A stretch of 64,000 nt of DNA, from positions 13,020,001-13,084,000 of the forward strand of contig OZ024741.1 of assembly GCA_964016885.1 (NCBI GenBank), given 5' to 3'. Origin of the DNA: Eledone cirrhosa. Lineage: Eukaryota. The translations under genes and the position numbers were made by a program. The notes under the pieces are model-generated. The model saw only the letters and a program-made list of their open reading frames with translations, was not told the DNA's origin and ran no database searches. This document shows positions 55,133-64,000 of the stretch, piece after piece; position 1 is the stretch's first letter, and each line of letters begins with the position of its first letter.

Positions 55133-55599
55133 ACAGACAGAAAAATATTTTATTTTACAATTTACTATTAGTTAGCATAAACCATAGGGGTCATCAGAGT
55201 TTAATTAAAATCCAAAATGATTAATGAAATATCAATACAAATCATTCAAGGATGACATATAACATATATCATTTATCTAATTAAACTAAATAATATGGTG
55301 TCAGTTGTATTAAAATACTTAAAAGTTATTTGGAAGACTAGTAACTTTCCAATAATGAATTGGAATTTATAGTTTTATCAAAACAATAGTCATAGTTTGT
55401 AAGAATAACTTTAAGAATAATTCATCGAGTTTAACAGGGTTAAAGTTGAAAGATATTTACTGCAGACCTAACATAGAGTTATACGGAGTGATATATATAT
55501 ATATATTAAATTTTAAGTTGTTTCAGAGATGTTATAACGACTATACTAATTATAAAATAATCAATAATATTTAGCTATATATAAGAAGAGTATATTAAT

Positions 55600-55790
55600 G
55601 GGGGATTGGCAGTATCAGTAGAGGGTCGGACGCCATGCTTTACACCAAAGAGTTACGGCCCTTTATGGTCTAAGTTCAAATCCCGCCGAGGTTAACTTTC
55701 CCTTCATCCTTACGGGGTCGATAAAATAAAGTACCAGTAACACACTGGGGTAATTGCTGGCCTTGTGCCAAAAGTAGAAACAATTAATAT
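55600..55790 (+). mobile_element. tRNA-derived SINE
   Basis: Same A box, B box, core and tail as the 44929 copy. Confidence 0.88.
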
Positions 55791-55830
55791 GAAAATCAAT
55801 AAATCTTTACGTATTTCGGGATATTATTTC

Positions 55831-56155
55831 AGGGTGGATTGGCAGTATCGGTAGAGGGTCGGACGCCATGTTAGGGTGGTGGATTGGCAGTATCGGTAGA
55901 GGGTCGGACGCCATGCTAGGGTGGTGGATTGGCAGTATCGGTAGAGGGTCGGACGCCATGCTAGGGTGGTGGATTGGCAGTATCGGTAGAGGGTCGGACG
56001 CCATGCTTTCTAGCATAGTTACGTGCTTTTACAGTCTGAGTTCAAATCCCGCCGAGGTTAACTTTGCCTTTCATCCTTACGGGGTCGATAAAATAAAGTA
56101 CCAGTAATGTACTGGGTAATTGCTGGCCTTGTGCCTAAAGTAGAAACAATTATTT
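55831..56155 (+). mobile_element. tRNA-derived SINE with its 45-bp head repeated four times
   Basis: GGGTGGTGGATTGGCAGTATCGGTAGAGGGTCGGACGCCATGCTA x4 (the 15-aa repeat in ORF 55868), then a single B box, core and tail. Confidence 0.9.
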
Positions 56156-57144
56156 TAGGGGTGAAAGGGGGGTAATTTTACATTATCTAAATATTGCTAA
56201 GGACATATATTTGAAGTAATATATGTTTACATTTACACTTATCTAAAGAATATTTTATATATGGCAAAGAGATATGTGTGTGTGAGGTAGTTAAGTGAAT
56301 TAATACATTATAATAAAAACGACCATAATTTTCGAGCTATGCTGTTGTTGTTGCTACTTAACTTACAAGTTGACAGGTGCAATGTGTCCGAACACGGAAG
56401 AGCTGAATTCCCACCGTCATCGACCCCATCTCTTTCGCCCTCCCCATCTCTCTATATAGTGAGCAAATGGGATCGCACGTGCTGGCCGCCCCACAGCCCC
56501 GGTGGACAGAATAGAGAAGGCGTTTCCCCGGAGGATGGTAAGGGAGATGCGCTGGTAAAGAGATATATAATTTATTTAGTTCAAACCTAAAGGAGTAAGG
56601 TGAGATAAGATAATCTATTATATTGAATAACTTAATATAACTTGTTAATAATGTATCAGTATCTTTTACAATATATAAATGTGGGAGACTACCTATAGAT
56701 TACTACAATACAATGGGTTTAACATAAAATTGAGAGCTGGTTGAAGTTTACAGATATAGTTTACAAATAATAGAGGTGTTGGAATAAGTGGAGGGTTGAA
56801 CATTTTCTGGAATTCTCATTAGCAGAGGGGTGGGGTGAAATAAACGGCGGCAAATTGGTAATTTTATAGTGTACATTCGTAAATGTGGGATTTCTTGCAA
56901 TGTTCTCTTTTTTGTCATATATAATGTTTTTTAATGTAAAATAAAATTATCATTAGATTCTCCAGCTTCTGTATCGATATGAATCATTTACAATAAAATT
57001 TCGCCGGAGATAGATTAGCAAAATTTAATAAGCGAAAGGGCTGGGATAAAATCGGGTGGGGTGAAAAAAATGTGGGGGGACGATTATTCAAGAGTATATT
57101 CATCCCCTGAAATTATCAAAATTATGGCTCCGAATAGAATATAT

Positions 57145-57328
57145 AATTGCTATATATGGCACAAGGCCAGCAATTACCCAGTGCATTACTGGTACTTTAT
57201 TATATCGACCCCGTAAGAGTGAAAGGCAAAGTTAACCTCAGCGGGATTTGAACTCAGAATGGCAAGGGCCGTAACTCTATCCGTCAAAGCATGGCGTCCA
57301 ACCCTCTACCGATACTGCCAATCCACCA
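57145..57328 (-). mobile_element. tRNA-derived SINE
   Basis: Reverse complement of the same family. Confidence 0.88.
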
Positions 57329-57510
57329 TATGGGGCTATTAAGTGGTGCCAATACTGGACGAAACCTATCAAAGTTATCAAACTTATCTCATATCAGTAT
57401 GTGTGTCTTAAAAAGTTCCATAATCTTTAGCTACATCCATCAAGAGTTATACCCCTTGCATGGGAATCGTACGAATTATTTCCCCTTTATATTGAATACT
57501 AAATGTATCT

Positions 57511-57588
<78 letters not shown>

Positions 57589-57651
57589 CGTGTGTACTAA
57601 TAATGTACGAAGCCGAATGTTTGGCCTTGAAGCGCTGAGAATATATATATA

Positions 57652-57980
57652 TCAGAAAGCAGCACAGCTCCCATGACTTTCGGAAACATTTTTTCACGCT
57701 CAGAGTTGCTGAGGCATGGAACAAACTACCTGCATCAGTTGTTAGCTGTCGAGACACTGCATCCTTTAAAACCTCCATGGAACAAACTACCTTTAAAACC
57801 TCCATGCTTCCTGAGATTCGGCAACACTACACCTAATATTCCTTCTCCATACACACGCACACGTGTATATCATGACTCGTACACTATTCACTTTGTATAT
57901 TATTCTATGTACTATACATGCACCTTTGATGAGTTGTAGTGCACCTGAGCACTGTACACAATAATTTCATTATTATTATT
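57652..57980 (+). mobile_element. 5'-truncated CR1-type LINE 3' end carrying one satellite monomer plus a 27-bp partial duplication
   Basis: RKQHSSHDFRKHFFTLRVAEAWNKLPASVVSCRDTASFKTSM(EQTTFKTSM)LPEIRQHYT-stop at 57834; 3' UTR with AGTGC/GCACT stem-loop and (ATT)n tail. Confidence 0.88.
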
Positions 57981-59864
57981 CTTTGAGTCTCAGTCATTGA
58001 TGTTATTTAACTGGAAAGTTTGTTGAAATGAATATCAAGCCGCTACCTGCAGCCTCAGATATTCAGGACGTATCGGAGGGTTCTTGCTGTTTCCAGCAAG
58101 CATGCCTTTTGAAGTGTTCCAAAAAGCGGGGCTGGACTCATTTTCTTTAACCATCCTTGGAAACTCTTTCAGATAGTACCTAGTGCGCCTATGACAATCG
58201 GGACGATCTTGATTTCATGGCAGTTCCAAATACTTGTTAACTCCCACTTTAAGTCCTGGTATCGGTTAATTTTCTCCCTCTCCTTTTCTTGCACTCTCGT
58301 GTCAAATGGGCAGGCTACATCCACAATCAGGCACGATCTTTTTTCCTTGTCCAAAACCACCAGGTCAGGCCTATTGTGTTCCAGTTTCTTGTCCGTCTGT
58401 ATCCTAAAATCCCACAGCACCTTCACCTGATCGTTTTCTATCACCGACTTTGGCTTATGCTCATACCACTTCTCAGAATGTGGTAAATTGTTTACTTTGC
58501 ATAGGTGCCAGTGGATCACCCTGTCCATCACATCATATCTCCAGCCTTTATAGTGAGTCTGGGCTAGGTGTTTACACTCGGATACAATGTGGGCCACAGT
58601 CTCCTCTCTCTCTCTCTCCACAGATCCTACACAGTGGGCTAACCTCCTCCTTGTAAATATGGTGTTTCACCCACTTCGTTCTGAGGGCCTGCTCTTGCGC
58701 AGCCATTAGCATTCCTTCTGTAGCCTTTTTAAGGTCTCCTCTTTTTAACCAGTTCCAGGTCTGTGGATCTCTAAATTCAGTTTTCTCAAAGAAGGTAAAA
58801 TGAAGGGATTTTTCATGAAGGTTGCTCTTCCTCCTTGCTGTTGTTTCCTCCTTGGGCATCCCCTGGTCTATTGTCCTCTCCTTCAGTACAATTCGGAGCA
58901 TTGGCTCCCTACTGTCAGTCATTATTTGTGCAGGTTGTTTTTCTCCATCTGAACACAGTCCTTTATGCTGGTAAGACCTCTTCCACCTTCAGATCTCCTT
59001 AAGTAGAGTCTATCGACATCACTCCTCTTGTGGAACATGTTGTAGATAGTCAATAGCTTCCTAGTCTTCCTATCCATTTCTTTTTGTTCAGGAACATTCC
59101 ATCTCAGAATTCCCGCACTGTACCTAATAATAGACACAGCTCGGGAATTCACTGCACTTATGACATTCCTACTATTTAGATGTGATTTTAATACGCTCCT
59201 TACTCTCCGAATGTACTCAGATCTTATCAATTCCTTCATTTTTTTGTTCTTGATGTCATCTGCCTCTAGAACACCTAAATATTTGTATCCTTCTTCAGTG
59301 TCAATTTCCTTTATCATCTCACCTGTTGGTACCTGGATTCCGTTGCTTCTGCTCAGTTTACCCCTCTTCATCACTAGGACTCCACACTTATTAACACCAA
59401 ATTCCATACATATATCATTGTTGAAAATACGTACAGTGTCAACAAGTACACCCAACTCCTTCTCACTCTTCCCAAAGAGTTTAAGATCGTCCATGAAGAG
59501 TTGATGGTAAGCTCTCCTTTTCCAAACTTGTATCAATCTCACTTTTCGCAGTATAATGGTCGGGGGCATCAGGGCAAGGACAAATAACAGAGGGGACAAA
59601 CTATCTCCCTGGAAGATACTTCTCTTGATCTTCACGCCTCCCAAGGATTCTCCACCCGATGTTAACTCTATTTCCCAGGACTTCATACTTTTGTTCAACA
59701 ACTGTCTGATGTTATCTGCCACCTTGAAGATCTCTAAGCTTTTGGTTATCCAAGAATGAAGTACCATGTCGAATGCCTTTTTGTAATCTATCCATCCCAT
59801 GGCAAGACCAGTGTGTCTCCTCTTTCAATTCCTCATTACCATTTTATCAATAAAGTAACTGGTT
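57981..59864 (-). pseudogene. Decayed 5'-truncated R4/Dong-clade non-LTR retrotransposon (RT, CCHC, restriction-like endonuclease)
   Basis: WIDYKKAFD, IFQGDSLSPLLF, FMDDLKL, YKYLG, CRICGE..ETVAHIVSEC, RPDLVV..IVDVACP, VPIVIGALG, LQKACLLETARTLR. Several stops and frameshifts; the apparent natural stop is at 58055. Confidence 0.88.
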
Positions 59865-60047
59865 ATTGTGAATTGGCAGTATCGGTAGAGGGTTGGACGC
59901 CATGCTTTCTAGCATAATTACGTCCCTTTACGGTCTGAATTCAAATCCCGCCGAGGTTAACTTTGCCTTTCATCCTTACGGGGTCGATAAAATAAAGTAC
60001 CAGTAATGTACTGGGTAATTGCTGGCCTTGTGCCAATAGTAGAAACA

Positions 60048-60080
<33 letters not shown>
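59865..60080 (+). mobile_element. tRNA-derived SINE with long (ATT)n tail
   Basis: Same family motifs; about 11 ATT units. Confidence 0.9.
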
Positions 60081-60288
60081 GGCGACCTACGTAGTAAATC
60101 GTATCATCGTGAGCTCCGCAAAGGTTTGTTATTTCCGTTTGTTAAAAATTGCCATTTATGGAAAATTTTATTGTTAACAGTTTATAAGCACGCATACATT
60201 GTTTTCCGAAAAGGACACCCAAAAAGATTGGGGCCTTGTGCCCAAAATTTTAACTTTTATTATTATCCAAAAATTTCTTTGAAGAAAA

Positions 60289-62192
60289 ATGGCTAATTCC
60301 CCTCTGCACGAAGCAGCTGAAAGCCTTCCTCACAAAATAACACCTCACACCGACACCACCATTGTAAATGTTACTACGTTTGCCAACACAAAAAAAAATA
60401 TAAGCAGTAGCAATATTTTAAATTTGTCTCAGGCAGACATTCATTTCCCGCCATTACCAATGACTGCAGGTGTTAAAGCCTCCACCACCACCACCACCGC
60501 GACAACCACCACCCCCACCACCACCGAGACAACAGAAACAAAAGAAGAGAAAAATAAATTAACTCGTGATGTCGAAATGAAATCAAGCAAAATGAACTCT
60601 TCCGCACCAAAGACGACTGACGTCACCACCACCACAACTGAAACTAAAATTAATATTAACACAAATAACGATAGCAACAACAACAACAATGACATTATAA
60701 AACCGACCCTCAGTTTCGCCATAGTAGCAAAACAATTCGAAGCATTCACGGTAACTCAAGAGGATTTAGAAAATGCCAAACAAATGGTAAAGAAAGATGG
60801 GTACAGGGTCAGCCTCACCCCCCACCCCCACCCCCACCTAATAAAATGGAGCATCGGCGCCTATGCACCGTGTCGTATAGAACAATAAATGTAAAATCGC
60901 GCCGAGTGGAACGGGCATCCGAGTCCCAAATCCAAAAAGCTTTGGGACATGTGTGGGCAAGAAAAACCCACATCAGACGTGGGCAAAAGTATGGAACCGT
61001 GGATATGTTCTTTGAAACACCAGAGGAGGCTAGAGAACACTCCATGGCCCCATTAAAAAGTGACGACTTCACACTCATCCCAAGCTATTGTGGCCAGAGA
61101 CTCGTAAAGATCAGGGTGACCCACGTTCCACCGGCCATCGAAATTCCCTGGCTAATAGCGGCTGTCCTCGCCGGCATCGAAGCCAACACGAAAATAATAG
61201 CAATAGCAAAAGAAAAGCAGGAAAACTGGTCCGGATCTGGGATGGAGCTCCTGATCCAAGCGGACCAAAAAAGCATTGAGGAGATCCCAGAGGTAATAGA
61301 CCCCACTGACGGCAGCCACCTCACGGTAATTGTCGAGGGCAGAAGACCTAGGTGTGTCGTTTGTGGTGAAGGAACCCACCTAAGGGCTTTCTGCCCTCAG
61401 GCTAAAAGGTTGAGGCCACCTCTCCTACCCACCCCAGTGACACAACCATCAACACCACCAGTAGCAGAGATGGCAGCAACAACTGTATCAGCAATAACAG
61501 AAGAAACTATAACAGCAACAACCCTAGCAACAGTAGCAAAACCAACACCACCACCACCCAACGCTTCAGAACTAGCACCAGCGCCTACACCATCCACCAC
61601 ACCACAACCAAAACTAACGGCTGTGGAGAATTTTCCACTCCCTGGCCTATCACAACTGGAGACAGATTGTGACGACGAGGAGTGGGAAACGGTATCCGGA
61701 AAAAAAAAAAGAAACCAAAAAAGAAAAAATTCTCTTCCTTCCCCCTCCAAAAACAAAATACAGAGGGAAACAAATAAACTAAGAAACAAAAAAGTTAGGA
61801 CAGATATGCCACCATCCACACCAGCATCACCAACCCCATCAACCCAAACACCAACACCATCACCATCATTAACTCCAACACCACCATCACCTACACCACA
61901 AAAGTCACCAAAATGCGAAACAGAAACAAACCCACAACAAACGCAAACAAAACAAAACAACCAAAACGATACACACTACACAGCATTAAATTTGAACAAC
62001 AAGCAATTATTACACTACATCCAACACAACACCAGCATCACAGAAAAAGACTACACAACAACCCCAAAATTCACACCACCTCCACACATACAAATCACTC
62101 GCATCACACAGAAAACGCACATGACACTAAAACAAAAAATTCCCCAAAGACATCGGAGACTTCCGACAAGCACTCTCCAGGAGGATTTATAA
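60289..62192 (+). CDS. Tx1-type ORF1 (gag-like nucleic-acid-binding protein), split by one frameshift in a C-rich run near 60820-60840
   Basis: ORFs 60289-60888 and 60846-62192 both align with the single ORF1 at 50510-51742; CVVCGEGTHLRAFC knuckle. Confidence 0.8.
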
Positions 62193-62302
62193 GGACATCC
62201 TTCCTGAGGAGGCCACAAACAGTGAAAAGGATGGAAAAACCGTCCTTCCCCTACGAGAAGTAAGGTAAGTGGTCTTTCCCATCTTTTCCACTCCTTTTCA
62301 AC

Positions 62303-64000
62303 ATGACCTCACTCAGAATAGGCAGCATAAATGCGCGTGGCTTGGGGTCGTCATGGAAGCAGGGCCACCTGCTCAACGACCTCAGGTCACTAAACATAGA
62401 TGTAGTGGCCATCAGCGAGACCAGAATCTCCGAAGCACAGGCTTTCGCACCGATCTTCGGCGGCTACGATGTGTACGCATCGCCCAGCCGTCCGGGATCG
62501 GGGGGAGGAGTTCCTGTGCTTTTTAGGAGAGGTTTGGATCTTGCCATACGGGCCATCTTCCTGGACCCAGAAGGTAAGTTGGTGGTGCTGGACGTGACCA
62601 GCGGAGACGGGCAAGCTTTCAGGTTAGTGGCCGTCTATGCCCCGACAGGAGCAGGGCTGCCTGATTTCTTCCGGCGTCTGGAGACCTTTCTTGGAACGTC
62701 CCGCTCTTTAGTGTTAGTGGGCGACTGGAACGGGATCTTAGATGCACGCTGGGATTGTGTGGGATTAGTGTATAGGGAAGGAGGGTGCAATAGTCTCACC
62801 AACCTGCTCAGACGTTTTGAACTGTCTGACAGGTACCGAATGGATTTCCCGAATGTACCAATGTGGACTTGGACAAATCGCATAGGGTCATCCAGATCAT
62901 ATCTAGATAGAGTATTTTGTAGGGAAATAGATAGGTCTAGCATAGGCTGTCCACAATTCAAGATAGTCAGCTACACGGACCACAAATTCGTGATCTGTGT
63001 GCTTGACTTAGATAGGCTTCATAGACGAGGACCCGGCTACTGGAAGCTAAACGCGTCCTTACCAGCGCGCAAGGCCTACAGAGACCGGATTAGCGAACTA
63101 GTTAAGCGGGCGTTGACGGGGGCCATCGTCAACAACAAGTGGTGGTTTGCTCTGAAAAGAGCAATTAGAATAGAGTCCATTAGGTTTAGTAAGACTTTAG
63201 CAATAGAGAAAAATAGAGCAGAGGGAGAATTAGTTAGAAAATTAGATGAGGCGCTTAGCAAAGGAATCGCGACCGACGTACTTGCGGCGAAATTGGCCCT
63301 TGACCAATTCTTCAATGCAAAGCACGAAGGCTGCGTTGTCAGAGCTAGGGTGCGTGCTCTCAGACACGAGGGGACGAAAGCCGTTCAATGGGCCCGAGTG
63401 GCGGAGGCGCGTCGTGGCAACAAAGCCACGATCCGGGCTTTGGTGGACCACGACGGGCGCATGCTACTCGATCCCGGGCAAATGTGTGAAGCTTTTCAGC
63501 GACAATTCGCTCAACTGTTCGGGGGCAGTGGCGGGCCGGATCGAGGGATGGACTTTAGTGTCTACCTCGACGGACTGCCGCGGCTTTCGGCCACTGAGGC
63601 GGAGTGTTGCGAAAAGCCGATAACAACCGCTGAAGTACGGGATGCAATGACTAGTTGCACAAGGGGTAAATTGCCTGGTTTGGATGGTCTGCCCTATGAA
63701 CTTTACGTACAAATGCCAAACTTGTTCGGAGGCCTCTTGGCGGACGTCTACTGCAACTGGCAACAGAACGGGAGATTTCCCAGCTCTGTGAGCCGAGGAG
63801 CGGTGGCGCTGCTGAGAAAGGATCCGAACAAGGGGGATAACATAGATAATTTTAGGCCTATAACTCTGCTAAACACAGAGTTCAAGATTTTGGCCAAGGT
63901 GCTAGCAAAGAGGTTGGCGCTTGTCGTTGGTGGTCTGGTGGGAGAGGCACAGACATGCGCCATTCCCGACAGATCCATCCACGACAACCTCCACCTCATG
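62303..64000 (+). CDS. Tx1-type ORF2 (AP endonuclease and start of reverse transcriptase), 566 codons to the window edge
   Basis: MTSLRIGSINARGL, ISET, VYAP, GDWN, WTW, SYLDR, TDH, YWKLN, PGLDGLPYELY, NFRPITLLNTEFKILAK and QTCAIPDRSIHDN all fall in one frame. Absent from the ORF track, presumably because it has no stop inside the window. Confidence 0.93.
   Translation, partial: MTSLRIGSINARGLGSSWKQGHLLNDLRSLNIDVVAISETRISEAQAFAPIFGGYDVYASPSRPGSGGGVPVLFRRGLDLAIRAIFLDPEGKLVVLDVTSGDGQAFRLVAVYAPTGAGLPDFFRRLETFLGTSRSLVLVGDWNGILDARWDCVGLVYREGGCNSLTNLLRRFELSDRYRMDFPNVPMWTWTNRIGSSRSYLDRVFCREIDRSSIGCPQFKIVSYTDHKFVICVLDLDRLHRRGPGYWKLNASLPARKAYRDRISELVKRALTGAIVNNKWWFALKRAIRIESIRFSKTLAIEKNRAEGELVRKLDEALSKGIATDVLAAKLALDQFFNAKHEGCVVRARVRALRHEGTKAVQWARVAEARRGNKATIRALVDHDGRMLLDPGQMCEAFQRQFAQLFGGSGGPDRGMDFSVYLDGLPRLSATEAECCEKPITTAEVRDAMTSCTRGKLPGLDGLPYELYVQMPNLFGGLLADVYCNWQQNGRFPSSVSRGAVALLRKDPNKGDNIDNFRPITLLNTEFKILAKVLAKRLALVVGGLVGEAQTCAIPDRSIHDNLHLM

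Larger units (their letters stand above)
60081..64000 (+). mobile_element. Tx1-type (L1 clade) LINE with 5' end present, running off the right edge
   Basis: 5' UTR, ORF1 with CCHC knuckle, short spacer, then APE-RT ORF2. Confidence 0.92.

Overview
Gene-poor, repeat-saturated eukaryotic DNA. The microsatellite load and SINE/LINE types suggest an octopus-like mollusc; this is inference from recalled families, not a database match. No host protein-coding gene is supportable. Bases 1-20460 are about 335 tandem copies of a 61-bp satellite with higher-order (20-, 34-, 45/46-mer) duplications. The array runs directly into the C-terminal coding end of a CR1-type LINE, and a second copy of that LINE end at 57.7 kb carries one monomer plus a 27-bp partial duplication, so the monomer appears to be a CATG-bounded piece of LINE ORF2. 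Next come a 10.5-kb degenerate (ACT)n array with ~3.17-kb duplications and (GTT)n/(GGT)n tracts. The remainder is a nested transposon patchwork: tRNA-derived SINEs (two with tandem-amplified A-box heads), Tx1-type LINEs (one with an ORF2 open to the window edge), a decayed R4/Dong-type LINE, RTE fragments, non-autonomous Helitrons, pogo-type MITEs, and Penelope-like termini with hammerhead-ribozyme motifs and small fold-back elements in (TA)n. Coordinates were read by eye and are approximate to a few bases.
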